A DNA stretch of 64,000 bases from Bacillales bacterium UBA3207. GTDB lineage: Bacteria; Bacillota_I; Bacilli_A; RFN20; CAG-826. The position numbers and the translations under genes are program-made. Positions 29,394 to 39,698 of this stretch are shown one piece after another (position 1 is the stretch's first letter; each line of letters opens with the position of its first letter). The stretch is from positions 63,393-127,392 of the forward strand of contig DEWP01000017.1 in assembly GCA_002363735.1 (NCBI GenBank). The letters run 5' to 3'. The notes beneath the pieces were generated by a model that worked only from the letters and a program-made list of their open reading frames with translations, was not told the origin of the DNA and did no database searches.

Positions 29394-31067
29394 CTAATCT
29401 ATTTCTTCAATTTTTACTAAAATTAATGGAGTTTTGAGGGTGTTTCTACGAATGAGATTTAAAATGACATTTTTTACTTCATCTTCAGTAGATTTCACCG
29501 CAAATCCTGGTTTTTTTAAGGATTCAGAAACAATTTTTGTAAACATAGTTTGCATGTCTCTAAGTAATGCATCAGAGTTCTTCGCGTAAAATAAACCGCG
29601 AGTTTGAACATCAATTCCACCGACAATTTCAGCTTTCTTTTTTGAAACAACAGTGGCCAAAATGACAACTCCGTCATCAGAGATTTGGCGACGTTCGCTA
29701 ACAATTTGTTCGGAGAAATTTGATACTTCACTACCATCAACCATCACGTTACCAGCAAGAACTTTTTCACTTGAATATGAACAAATTCCATTTTGGCAAT
29801 TTAAAATCATTCCATTGTCAACTAAGAAAACATTTTGATGGTTTAGACCAACGCCCATTCCAGCAGCTGCATTAGCATTAGCTAATAAGCAAACTAAATA
29901 ACCGCTAATTGGAACATAATATTTTGGTCTAAAGATAGTGATCATTGTTTTAATATCTTCGATTGATGGATGCATTTTAATAAATTCATTCTTGTTAACA
30001 CGAACAACATCAACATCACAACGATGCAACTCATCAAGAGCATCGAAATAATCAATTTCAATGTCGTTAGAGAAATGCGAACCTAAAACAAATGTGTCAT
30101 CTGGATTTAACGCGATAATCTTGTTGTCGTTAAGACCTTTCGCTAAAAGCGAAATTTTATGCAATAATCGATTTGCAAATCCAGTTATTAAAACAACAAT
30201 TTCACTAGCTGGATATCGATTAACATCTTCAGCTGGAATAAACAAATCTTTTGTTACACCAACAACACCGGCGCGAACAAGTCGATATACTAAATCACGA
30301 GTTGCGGCATCATAAAGAACAATTCTACGATGACCATTGCTACAAATACGAACAATATCAACGATGTTATAAACATCAGCTGATTCAACACCAACAAAGA
30401 TTCGACCTTGAACATTTTTAAATGATTCTTTTACGACTGTACGAAGTTTATACATCGGATTAGAAAATCCACTTCGTTCCGCATTAATAGAATCACCCAA
30501 TAAAATAAGTGTTGGTTTATCAGCAATTACACCCATCTTCTTAATGTCGGATGTGAAAGATTTTGTCATGTTGTTATCAATGACATAATCCATGGCAAAA
30601 ATGATGTTTCCTTGGTCAGTATCAAAACAAATTCCATAGGAATTGGCCATGTTTGAAGTCGTTGCAAATAAACGAATTAAATGACCATTAATTGTGATAT
30701 CATCACTTGGTTCAACGATTTTAAATTCATAGCGAGATGGATTGATATTATTGTGTTCACAAAATGTGAACAAGAAAATTCGCGTTACATCAGTACAAAC
30801 AATTGGAGCAGGAATTTTATCATAGATAAAAGGAATTGCTCCTAAAATACAGTCATTACCTTCAGTAATGAGATAAGCGCGAACGCGATCTTTATTTGCT
30901 AAAAGGTAATCATATTTTGGAATAATGTAGTCGATTCCGTGTTTGTTTTTATCTGGAAGAGAACATCCTGCTTCAACAACGAAAATATCACGGTCAATTT
31001 CCACCGCAATCATGTTTTTAAAATGTTCGTCTTGGCCACCAAGAAAGACAATTCGGATATTCGACAT
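29394..31067 (-). CDS. rnj: RNase J-family paralog with degenerate (probably inactive) metallo-beta-lactamase active site
   Basis: It aligns along its length with the RNase J beta-lactamase, beta-CASP and C-terminal domains. The HxHxDH motif is replaced by EGNDCI (LITEGNDCILGAIP), and the later His ligands are also replaced (SNMANSYG, VPISGY). Confidence 0.75.
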   Translation of the reverse strand: MSNIRIVFLGGQDEHFKNMIAVEIDRDIFVVEAGCSLPDKNKHGIDYIIPKYDYLLANKDRVRAYLITEGNDCILGAIPFIYDKIPAPIVCTDVTRIFLFTFCEHNNINPSRYEFKIVEPSDDITINGHLIRLFATTSNMANSYGICFDTDQGNIIFAMDYVIDNNMTKSFTSDIKKMGVIADKPTLILLGDSINAERSGFSNPMYKLRTVVKESFKNVQGRIFVGVESADVYNIVDIVRICSNGHRRIVLYDAATRDLVYRLVRAGVVGVTKDLFIPAEDVNRYPASEIVVLITGFANRLLHKISLLAKGLNDNKIIALNPDDTFVLGSHFSNDIEIDYFDALDELHRCDVDVVRVNKNEFIKMHPSIEDIKTMITIFRPKYYVPISGYLVCLLANANAAAGMGVGLNHQNVFLVDNGMILNCQNGICSYSSEKVLAGNVMVDGSEVSNFSEQIVSERRQISDDGVVILATVVSKKKAEIVGGIDVQTRGLFYAKNSDALLRDMQTMFTKIVSESLKKPGFAVKSTEDEVKNVILNLIRRNTLKTPLILVKIEEID

Positions 31068-31076
31068 AATTACTCC

Positions 31077-31421
31077 TTATTTTTCAATATTTTTTGTAGC
31101 GATAATATTTATTCCAGTTTGAGCAATGTTTCTAACCACGATATCTCCAATATGAACTGGAGCTTCGACATTTACTTCATCGAGTTCACGCACTGCTTCA
31201 AAGACTTTTTCTTTTGGAAGAGGTTCACTTGATTTAACAGGTAAACGTCTTTCTAAAGTACTTTGTACTTTGACAGTTGAAGTTAATGTACGAACAGGAT
31301 GAGTAAGTTCGTTTTTAGCATAAATTGCTCCGCGTGGGCAGAAGTTTCCGGTGACATTGAGATTATCATCAACTTTTAATCGACAACCACGAGGACAATT
31401 AATACAAATTAATTCTCTCAT
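31077..31421 (-). CDS. DUF1667 Cys-rich protein
   Basis: CINCPRGC...CPRG motifs. Co-operonic with two FAD oxidoreductases. Confidence 0.7.
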   Translation of the reverse strand: MRELICINCPRGCRLKVDDNLNVTGNFCPRGAIYAKNELTHPVRTLTSTVKVQSTLERRLPVKSSEPLPKEKVFEAVRELDEVNVEAPVHIGDIVVRNIAQTGINIIATKNIEK

Positions 31422-32674
31422 TTCTTCTCCTCCACACTAACTGTAATGACGTGATCTTCTTTTAAGAAACTTTCTTTTGGTAGATAAACAATTTCCATTT
31501 CAGAAGGAACAATCGCTGGTTTAATAATTCTTTTAATTAAACGTTCACCTTCTTTAATATTGATCACGATATCTTTAAATGGTTTAGCAACACGGAATTT
31601 TAATGATACTTTTTCACTAGCATCGTCTAAATCAAGAACTTGCGGAACGACGTAGCCAATTCCAAATCCTTGTTTAATTTCGTATTTAAAACCATTGTGT
31701 TTTGTTTGCTTATTGAGATATTTCGCCGCTCCAACAGCAGCTTCTCTAGCTTCGCTAACAACATAATCAACTAGATCATGAACGTGTAAAACATTACCAG
31801 CTGAGAAGATACCTGGAATTTCGGTTTCCATATCTTGATTAACCATTGCTCCTCTTGTTTTTGAGAATTTGATTCCAAGGTTATTGAATAAGTCATTATT
31901 TGGAATCAATCCAACAGAAAGGAGTAATGTATCACAGTCAAATTCCATTTCAGTTCCTGGAATAAACTTCATTTTGTCATCAACTTTCGCGATGACGACT
32001 TTTTCAACTCGATTTTTACCACGTACTTCTTTCACAGTATGCGATAAATAAAGTGGAATATTAAAATCTTGTAAACATTGGACTATGTTTCGGTTTAATC
32101 CAGCAGAATATGGCATGAGTTCAGCAACACCAAGGACTTTTGCGCCTTCAAGTGTCATTCTTCGTGCCATAATTAAGCCGATATCACCACTACCAAGGAT
32201 AAAGACTTTCTTACCGACTAAATAACCGTAACAGTTTAAATATAACTGTGCTTGGCCCGCTGTATAAACACCAACTGGACGATCTCCAGCAATTTGGATT
32301 GCGCCAGCATTACGTTCATAACAACCAGTCGTTAGAATAATCGCATCAGCTTGAATTTGGACAAGTCCATCTTCTTCGCTAGAATAGGTCACAACTTTAT
32401 CTTTTGATATGGATAAAACATTCGCGTTTAAGCGATATTTAATTCCGAATTCTTTGACTTTATCAGAGAAACGAGACATGAATTCAGGTCCGGTTAATTC
32501 TTCTTTAAATTCATGAAGTCCAAAACCGTTATGAATGCATTGGTTTAAAATACCGCCAAGATAATTATTCTTTTCAAGAATAAGAATATCTTTTTCTCCA
32601 AGTTCATAAGCTTTACATGCGGCTGCCATACCAGCAGAGCCGCCACCAATAATCACTAAGCGATGATGAATCAT
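31418..32674 (-). CDS. FAD/NAD(P)-binding pyridine nucleotide-disulfide oxidoreductase (GlpB-position partner)
   Basis: Two Rossmann GxGxxG motifs (IIGGGSAGMAAA; ILGSGDIGL). Confidence 0.75.
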   Translation of the reverse strand: MIHHRLVIIGGGSAGMAAACKAYELGEKDILILEKNNYLGGILNQCIHNGFGLHEFKEELTGPEFMSRFSDKVKEFGIKYRLNANVLSISKDKVVTYSSEEDGLVQIQADAIILTTGCYERNAGAIQIAGDRPVGVYTAGQAQLYLNCYGYLVGKKVFILGSGDIGLIMARRMTLEGAKVLGVAELMPYSAGLNRNIVQCLQDFNIPLYLSHTVKEVRGKNRVEKVVIAKVDDKMKFIPGTEMEFDCDTLLLSVGLIPNNDLFNNLGIKFSKTRGAMVNQDMETEIPGIFSAGNVLHVHDLVDYVVSEAREAAVGAAKYLNKQTKHNGFKYEIKQGFGIGYVVPQVLDLDDASEKVSLKFRVAKPFKDIVINIKEGERLIKRIIKPAIVPSEMEIVYLPKESFLKEDHVITVSVEEKK

Positions 32675-34110
32675 TTTTCTTCCCCCTTAGTGCTATATTT
32701 GCAAATTTCACTACCAAGCTTATCGTAGTTAATCTCGGATAATTTCACTCCATAATGTTCAGCTAAAATTTGGATAACTAAAGGTTGACAGAAGCCACCT
32801 TGACATTTTCCAAATCCAGCTCGTGTTCTCTTTTTAAGAGCTTTCACACTATGAGGAGGTACGCTACGAGATAATTCATCTAAGATCTCACCTAAACTAA
32901 CTTTTTCGCAGTTACAAATGATGCGTCCATATGATGGATTTTTCTTAATAAATTCATCTCTTTGAGCTTCATTCATTTCACTAAGATGAGCTCGAGGCGA
33001 AACTTTTCCTGACCAGTTTTCTTTCTTCACTAAAGTTAAAACTTTAGATACTAGTTCATCAACAACATATTCAGCGATTGCTGGAGATGAAACTAAACCA
33101 GGAGATTCAATTCCGCTAGCATTAATAAAGGCTGGATTATCTTTCGCTGGGCCAATCACGAAATCATGAGTTGATGGAGTTGGACGATTACCAGCAAAAA
33201 TACGAATTACTTGATTAAACGGAATGGATGGAACCATTGCTTGAGCTTGAGCACGAACATTATCTAATGTTGGCTTATCGCAAGAAACAGAATCTTTATC
33301 ATCACACCATTCAGATGATGGACCAACAATATAGTTTCCACTAGTTGTTGGAGAAACTAAAATTCCTTTTCCTTTTTCACTTGGAAGAGGGAAAATGACA
33401 TGATTTACAAGGCCTTTTGCATAATGATCAAGAACAAAATATTGTCCTTTACGAGCCTTGATCGAATAAGAAATTGGTTCAATTAAGGAATGAATCTTAT
33501 CTCCATAAATACCAGCACAGTTAATCACAACTTTTGTTTGATATGTGCCTCTTGAAGTAATAACTTCAAAACCTTCCTTTAAACCTTTAATATCTTTTAC
33601 TTCTTCATTAAGATGAAGTTCAACACCTTGGTCCACTGCATTTTCCATGGCGTGGACAACTAAGGTAAATGGATTAACAATGCCAGCGCTAGGAGCAAGT
33701 AGAGCACCTTTAACCTCACTAGATAAATTTGGCTCAAGTTTTAAAACTTCGTCACGAGTGAGTAATTTCACATCGACTCCATTTTCCTTTGAGCGTTTAG
33801 CAAGGTCAGATAGCATTGGAAGTTGTTCATCATAAAGAGCAACCGTTAACGAACCAATTTGTTCAAAATGTACGTCGAGGTCACGACAAAGTTCTGGATA
33901 CATCTTGTTACCAAGAACATTAAATTTTGCTTTTAATGTACCTGGAACTGGATCATAACCAGAGTGAACGATGGCGGAATTCGCCATACTTGTGGCGTTT
34001 CCGACATCGTTCTCTTTCTCTATGACGAGGACATTGAGTTGATATGATGAAAGCTTTCTCGCAATCAGCGAGCCAACACATCCGGCACCAACAACAATGA
34101 CATCAAACAT
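32671..34110 (-). CDS. FAD-dependent glycerol-3-phosphate dehydrogenase/oxidase-like protein with C-terminal BFD-like [2Fe-2S] domain
   Basis: N-terminal VIVVGAGCVGS motif, a DAO fold, and a C-terminal CNCEKV...C..C BFD-like segment as in GlpA. Confidence 0.75.
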   Translation of the reverse strand: MFDVIVVGAGCVGSLIARKLSSYQLNVLVIEKENDVGNATSMANSAIVHSGYDPVPGTLKAKFNVLGNKMYPELCRDLDVHFEQIGSLTVALYDEQLPMLSDLAKRSKENGVDVKLLTRDEVLKLEPNLSSEVKGALLAPSAGIVNPFTLVVHAMENAVDQGVELHLNEEVKDIKGLKEGFEVITSRGTYQTKVVINCAGIYGDKIHSLIEPISYSIKARKGQYFVLDHYAKGLVNHVIFPLPSEKGKGILVSPTTSGNYIVGPSSEWCDDKDSVSCDKPTLDNVRAQAQAMVPSIPFNQVIRIFAGNRPTPSTHDFVIGPAKDNPAFINASGIESPGLVSSPAIAEYVVDELVSKVLTLVKKENWSGKVSPRAHLSEMNEAQRDEFIKKNPSYGRIICNCEKVSLGEILDELSRSVPPHSVKALKKRTRAGFGKCQGGFCQPLVIQILAEHYGVKLSEINYDKLGSEICKYSTKGEEK

Positions 34111-34124
34111 ATTGTTAAACCTGA

Positions 34125-36287
34125 TTATTTATGATGTTTTGCTGGTTTTTTACCACCTGAAACAGGTTTTTCAACATAACCAGCTGGTTTTTCGATGAAT
34201 TCACGGTGTGATACTTTCACTTTACCGTGGTCATCGATTTCGCAAACACGAACTTTTAAGACATCTCCGACTTTGACTTTGTCACTTGCTTTTGCAACAT
34301 AACCCCAGTCAAGTCTTGAAACGTGGCATAAACCTTCGGTTGTTCCAAATAATTTTACAAATGCGCCGTAATCTTCGACACGAGTGACTTCAGCATCGTA
34401 GACTTCGCCAACTTTTGCTTCTCTAACGATGTCTTCAATCATCTTTTTGGCTTTGTTAATCATGTCACGGTTCATGTGATAGATCACGATTAAGCCATTG
34501 TCATCGATATCGATTTGGACATTATCACATTGGGCGATAATTTCATTAATCACCTTACCACCAGTTCCGATAACTTCGCGAATCTTATCGACATCAATTT
34601 GCATTTTGTCGAGTTTTGGAGCAAATTCACTGACATCTGGACGTGGAGCATCAATAGCTTTGCTCATAACAGCGCGAATTTCAGCGCGGGCTTTGTGAGC
34701 TTGAGCAAGAGCTTGACGTAAAACTTCACGAGTAACACCAGCAATCTTAATATCCATTTGAAGAGCTGTAATACCAACTTCGGTACCAGCAACTTTGAAG
34801 TCCATATCACCGAAATGGTCTTCTAAACCTTGAATATCAGTGAGAATTGTATATGGATTTGTATCAAGTGAGCCAGTTGAAATAAGACCCATAGCGATAC
34901 CACTGACCATACGACGAATTGGGACACCAGCAGCCATTAAGGACATACATCCAGCACAAATAGAAGCTTGTGAAGATGAACCATTAGATTCGTAAACTTC
35001 ACTGACAACACGAATTGTGTATGGGAATTCTTCTTCTGAAGGAATGACGTAGGAAAGAGCTCTTTCGCCAAGGGCACCGTGGCCGATTTCACGACGAGCA
35101 AGAACACCAATCTTACCAGTTCCACCAACACACCATTGTGGGAAGTTATAGTGATGCATGAATCGTTTAGATTCTTCAGGTGTCAAATCATCAATGATTT
35201 GTTTATCACTTAAAGGTCCAAGTGTGGTTGTTGAGATAACTTGGGTTTGACCACGAGTAAACATGGCAGAACCATGGACACGACGTCCTAAGATGTCAAC
35301 TTGGGCATCAAGTGGACGGAGTTCATCTGGTTTACGGCCATCTGGTCTAATCTTATCTTCAGCAATTAAACGACGAACTTCTTGGTGAACGATATCTTCT
35401 TGAATTTCATGAACTTGTTGAACTGTTTTAGCATCAGCACCATTAGCGGCGTATTCTTCTTCAGTTTCTTTTTCAATAGCTTCAATTTTTTCTTCACGTT
35501 CAAGTTTGTCTTTTGTGGAGACGGCTTTACGTAATTTCTTATCAACTTTTTCTGTAACTTCTGCACGTAAATCTTCTGGAATTACTTTGAATTGAATGTC
35601 TTTGTTCTTTTCAACACCAATTTTCTTGATAATTTCTTTTTGGAAACGGCAGAGTTTCTTAACAGCTTCATGACCAAACATTAAAGCGTCAAGCATATCT
35701 TCTTCGCTAACTTCGTTAGCACCAGCTTCAACCATGTTGATAGCTTCTTCTGTACCAGCGACACAAAGATCGATGTCACTGACTTTACGTTGTTCAACTG
35801 TTGGGTTGATGACAAGTTTTCCATCAACACGTCCGACGTAAACACCAGCGATTGGTCCATTAAATGGAACATCAGAGATGCAAACGCAGAGGGAAGATCC
35901 AAACATTGCCGTAATTTCTGGGGAATTATCATAGTCAACTGCCATAACTTGGGAGACGACTTGAACTTCATTACGGAATCCTTCTGGGAAAAGTGGACGC
36001 ATAGTTCTATCGGTAATACGACTTGCTAAGATAGCATGTGAACTTGGTCGACTTTCACGACGGAGGAAGCCACCAGGAATTTTACCAGCAGCATACATTC
36101 TTTCTTGGTACTCCACACTTAATGGGAAGAAATCCCAGTCAACAGTGTGTTTGGACATTGTGACGTTAGAAGTAACGACAGTGTCACCATAGCGCACCAA
36201 AACGCAACCACGTGTTTGTTTACCGATTTCACCGGCTTCAACAACGAGCTTGCGACCATCGAAATCTAATTCGAATGTTTTTTTCAT
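34125..36287 (-). CDS. pnp: Polyribonucleotide nucleotidyltransferase (PNPase)
   Basis: Two RNase PH domains followed by KH and S1 domains. 720 aa. Confidence 0.95.
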   Translation of the reverse strand: MKKTFELDFDGRKLVVEAGEIGKQTRGCVLVRYGDTVVTSNVTMSKHTVDWDFFPLSVEYQERMYAAGKIPGGFLRRESRPSSHAILASRITDRTMRPLFPEGFRNEVQVVSQVMAVDYDNSPEITAMFGSSLCVCISDVPFNGPIAGVYVGRVDGKLVINPTVEQRKVSDIDLCVAGTEEAINMVEAGANEVSEEDMLDALMFGHEAVKKLCRFQKEIIKKIGVEKNKDIQFKVIPEDLRAEVTEKVDKKLRKAVSTKDKLEREEKIEAIEKETEEEYAANGADAKTVQQVHEIQEDIVHQEVRRLIAEDKIRPDGRKPDELRPLDAQVDILGRRVHGSAMFTRGQTQVISTTTLGPLSDKQIIDDLTPEESKRFMHHYNFPQWCVGGTGKIGVLARREIGHGALGERALSYVIPSEEEFPYTIRVVSEVYESNGSSSQASICAGCMSLMAAGVPIRRMVSGIAMGLISTGSLDTNPYTILTDIQGLEDHFGDMDFKVAGTEVGITALQMDIKIAGVTREVLRQALAQAHKARAEIRAVMSKAIDAPRPDVSEFAPKLDKMQIDVDKIREVIGTGGKVINEIIAQCDNVQIDIDDNGLIVIYHMNRDMINKAKKMIEDIVREAKVGEVYDAEVTRVEDYGAFVKLFGTTEGLCHVSRLDWGYVAKASDKVKVGDVLKVRVCEIDDHGKVKVSHREFIEKPAGYVEKPVSGGKKPAKHHK

Positions 36288-36368
36288 TAATTTATTTTCT
36301 CCTTTTTAAAAACTATTAAAATTTTAACATAAATGTTAGATGAATAATACAATAAATTCAAAAAAGAA

Positions 36369-36389
36369 AACACCATACTAAGTATGGTG
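36369..36389 (-). terminator. rpsO rho-independent terminator / pnp upstream attenuator
   Basis: 10-bp stem acaccatact/agtatggtgt followed by a U-run on the minus strand. Confidence 0.7.
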
Positions 36390-36411
36390 TAACTTTTCAT
36401 AAGTACTAAAC

Positions 36412-36678
36412 TTATTTACGGATTGATAATTCGGCTAAGAGTTTAGCGTAAGCATCACGGTCAGTGCGATTTAAGTAATCGAGTAAACCACGACGTTTAC
36501 CAACTAAGACGAATAATCCACGTCTGCCAGAAGCATCTTTTTTGTTTTTCTTAAGGTGCTTTGTGAGTTCGTTAATTTGTTCAGTAAGAAGAGCGATTTG
36601 GACTTCGACAGAGCCGGTGTCTTTTTCGTTCTTACCGTATTTCTTAACGATTTCGGCAATTTTTTCTTTGGATAACAT
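36412..36678 (-). CDS. rpsO: 30S ribosomal protein S15
   Basis: 88 aa, strong S15 match. A TTGAAA-16-TATAAT promoter-like element and a ~70-nt leader lie upstream. Confidence 0.95.
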   Translation of the reverse strand: MLSKEKIAEIVKKYGKNEKDTGSVEVQIALLTEQINELTKHLKKNKKDASGRRGLFVLVGKRRGLLDYLNRTDRDAYAKLLAELSIRK

Positions 36679-36791
36679 GTTTATCCCTCCTTAATATAAC
36701 TTGGCTTAATCCAGGAATAGCGTCGGAGTGCTCGCTAATCTTAGAATAAGTTGCGACATCTATTATAATCGAAATCAAAATGATTTCAATA

Positions 36792-37709
36792 TTAATATGT
36801 TGAACCAAAAACAAAACGGATGTCTGATTCGATTTGTTTTTGTAGTTCTTCTAAAGAAGAAAACTTCTTTTCAGGACGAACAAAATCAAGGAATTCAACT
36901 TGGATCGTTTCTGAATAGTTTTCTTTGACATAATTTTCGACATGAATTTCGATGGAAACCTTCTTTGAATCATCAATTGTTGGTTTAACTCCAACGTTTG
37001 TGATGGAGCGATGTGGGATTCCTTCGATGTACGCGATTGTTTTATACACTCCAAACCTTGGAATAACATAAGAATCGGAAGGTTTAACATTCATTGTTCG
37101 AACACCTAAAGTACGTCCGATTTCATTACCATGAATTACTGAGCCAGAAATGAGGTAATTATGGCCGAGCAATCGATTAGCTTCTTTGATGTTTCCTTGT
37201 TCAATGAGATATTTTATATCTCGAGCACTTATTTTTTCATTATGATCAAGCAATAAGTCAGTGACGTTTGTATCAAAATATTCCTTTAATAAATCAGGTG
37301 TTCCTTCACGATTTTTTCCAAAGCGAAAATCGCTTCCGCAGAAGACTTCTTTCACGTTCATTTTTTGCAGCATTTTAATGAAAGAAAGCGGCGACAAATT
37401 CATGAAGTTTTCATCGTTTTCTAAAACATAAAAAGAATCGATTCCCATTCTGGAAACAATACGGAACCGATCATCTAAAGATGTTAGAATTGCTGGTGAT
37501 TTTTGGTTATCGAGAAATAAAGCAAAAGGTTTAGAAAAAGTCATCAAAACTGTAGTAAATTTGGCGTTTTTGACTGCATTTTTTATTAAATATTGATGAC
37601 CTAAATGAATTCCATCAAAATAACCTAAAACAATTGAAATAGGTTCTTTATTTTCTACTGGATTAAATTGATCAAAACGTTTTAATTTCATCTCAATCCT
37701 CTTAAACAA
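36792..37709 (-). CDS. ribF: Bifunctional riboflavin kinase / FMN adenylyltransferase
   Basis: N-terminal nucleotidyltransferase domain (GYFDGIHLGH) and C-terminal flavokinase domain. Confidence 0.9.
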   Translation of the reverse strand: MFKRIEMKLKRFDQFNPVENKEPISIVLGYFDGIHLGHQYLIKNAVKNAKFTTVLMTFSKPFALFLDNQKSPAILTSLDDRFRIVSRMGIDSFYVLENDENFMNLSPLSFIKMLQKMNVKEVFCGSDFRFGKNREGTPDLLKEYFDTNVTDLLLDHNEKISARDIKYLIEQGNIKEANRLLGHNYLISGSVIHGNEIGRTLGVRTMNVKPSDSYVIPRFGVYKTIAYIEGIPHRSITNVGVKPTIDDSKKVSIEIHVENYVKENYSETIQVEFLDFVRPEKKFSSLEELQKQIESDIRFVFGSTY

Positions 37710-38545
37710 TGATACACCGATTGATGGTCTAATTCATACATCGCGATTGGTCCATCATTATCTTTTATCACAAGTAGGCGATCACTATGCCCCTTAAGAG
37801 ATAAACAAGCTCCATTAAGCGCCTTCTTTAAGTTATCACCTTCAACTAAAACACTTGGAAAATCTTCAAGCATTTTGTCGACCGAAATTAGATTTTCTTC
37901 TTTTACATCCACCGCTCTAACACTGTTTTCAATAGAATACTTACCAATCTTTACACGAGTTAGTTCGATTAAATGCCCAACAGTTCCTAATCTATTAGCA
38001 ATATCTTCAGCAAGAGCACGAACATATGTTCCTTTTGAAACTCGACAAATAAATGTGATTTCATCTAAGCCATTAAAATTAACTAAACCAATCTCAAAAA
38101 CTTCGATTTCTCTTTGTTTTAATTCAAAATCAACATTCTTTCTAGCAAGAGCATAAGCTCTTTCTCCATTGACTTTTAATGCAGAATATTTAGGAGGGGT
38201 TTGTAAAGATTTACCCAAGAATTGCTGGAGAATTTCATTAATTTGATGACGTTCTAATAAAGGAATTTCTTTTTCTTCAATAACGTTACCTTCTAAATCT
38301 CCAGTATCGGTTTTTTGTCCAAGTTTTAGCTTAGCTAAATATGTTTTATCAAGTTGTTCGATAAAAGGAGAAATTTTTGTTGCTCTTCCGCATAAAACAA
38401 TAAGTAAACCTTCCGCAAATGGATCTAGAGTGCCAATATGTCCCATCTTCTTTTCATTTAAAAGACGAGAAATAGTGTTTACTTCTTGCCTTGAAGTTCT
38501 TCCTTTTTCTTTATTTATTAATAACGCGCCTGTAATCATTTTCAA
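37688..38545 (-). CDS. truB: tRNA pseudouridine(55) synthase
   Basis: Catalytic Asp motif (HIGTLDPFAEG). Confidence 0.9.
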   Translation of the reverse strand: MKMITGALLINKEKGRTSRQEVNTISRLLNEKKMGHIGTLDPFAEGLLIVLCGRATKISPFIEQLDKTYLAKLKLGQKTDTGDLEGNVIEEKEIPLLERHQINEILQQFLGKSLQTPPKYSALKVNGERAYALARKNVDFELKQREIEVFEIGLVNFNGLDEITFICRVSKGTYVRALAEDIANRLGTVGHLIELTRVKIGKYSIENSVRAVDVKEENLISVDKMLEDFPSVLVEGDNLKKALNGACLSLKGHSDRLLVIKDNDGPIAMYELDHQSVYHCLRGLR

Positions 38546-38562
38546 AATAATGTAAATATTAT

Positions 38563-39693
38563 ATGATATTTAGCATGAAAACGATAAGAACGATTTTAGG
38601 ACAAATCCGTAAAGCTGATCAAAAGTTTTCTTTTTTTAATGAAAAAGACCGCATTATGATTGGCGTTTCTGGCGGAAAAGATTCAATGGTTCTTTTATAT
38701 GCTTTAAGCAAATATCAGAAATTTAATTGTGCTAATTTTGAAATCGTTCCCGCTATTCTTGATTTAGGTTTCCCAGGATTTGATGCAGCCGAAATAGAAA
38801 AATACGTTTCTTCAATTGGATTAAAACTTCATGTAATTGATTCCAAAGAAGTTTACCAAATCCTAAAAGCACAACAAAAAGATGCACCACATTTACCTTG
38901 TTCAATTTGTTCAAGAATGAAAAAAGCGGCAATTAATAATGTTGCTCGTGAACTAAATTGCAATAAAGTTGCATTTGCTCATCATGGCGATGATGCTGTT
39001 GAGACATTAATGATGAACCAGATTTTTGGTGGACGATTCGCTACCTTTCAACCAAAAATGTTCTTAGAAAGAAGCGGAATTGAATTTATTCGTCCATTAA
39101 TTCTTTGTCACGAAGATCAAATCATTAAATGTGCCAAAGAAGAAGGGATTCCAGCATTCCCATCTCATTGTCCAAATGATGGAAACACAATGAGAGCTGA
39201 AATGAAACAAATGCTCAAAGAAATTTATCAAAAATATCCAATGGCAAAAAAGAATTATTTTTCCATGTTAGAAAACTATGAAAAAGAGACTCTTTATTAC
39301 CAAGATTATTACTTTAAAATTGAGCGAAAAGATTTATCACTTCATCCAGTCATTTCATTAAAAGATTCACTTCTCGAACAACGCATTAGAAGTCAATTAA
39401 AAATCAATAATTTTGATGATGATCGACAAAGATTTATTATTTACAAAATAAACAAACCTATTGGGGTTTTGTCGATGAAAATAACCAGCAATTCTCGGTT
39501 AATTTGTGATTTAGAGTTTCTTAGAGAATCCAAGAAAAATCGACAAATTGTCCTTCATTATTTAGAAACAACAATCGAACATTTTGATTTAGCTGATGCT
39601 GTGATTTTAGCAAAAAGTAATCACACAGAATTCTACCAAAGTTTAGGTTATAAAAAAGCCCGCCAAGGCGAGCTAATTAAACATTTAAGATAG
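38563..39693 (+). CDS. TtcA-like tRNA-thiolation PP-loop ATPase fused to a ~130-aa C-terminal domain (GNAT-like?)
   Basis: SGGKDS PP-loop, CSICSR and GDDAVETLMMN motifs typical of TtcA. It has an extra C-terminal region ending ...FYQSLGYKK. It contains motif copy C. Confidence 0.7.
   Translation: MIFSMKTIRTILGQIRKADQKFSFFNEKDRIMIGVSGGKDSMVLLYALSKYQKFNCANFEIVPAILDLGFPGFDAAEIEKYVSSIGLKLHVIDSKEVYQILKAQQKDAPHLPCSICSRMKKAAINNVARELNCNKVAFAHHGDDAVETLMMNQIFGGRFATFQPKMFLERSGIEFIRPLILCHEDQIIKCAKEEGIPAFPSHCPNDGNTMRAEMKQMLKEIYQKYPMAKKNYFSMLENYEKETLYYQDYYFKIERKDLSLHPVISLKDSLLEQRIRSQLKINNFDDDRQRFIIYKINKPIGVLSMKITSNSRLICDLEFLRESKKNRQIVLHYLETTIEHFDLADAVILAKSNHTEFYQSLGYKKARQGELIKHLR
39481..39501 (+). repeat. 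Copy C of the quasi-palindromic 21-mer (ATAACCAGCAATTCTCGGTTA)
   Basis: Shares AAAATAACCAGCAA and CGGTTA at identical spacing with copies A and B. Inside the TtcA-like CDS. Confidence 0.55.
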
Positions 39694-39698
39694 AAGAA

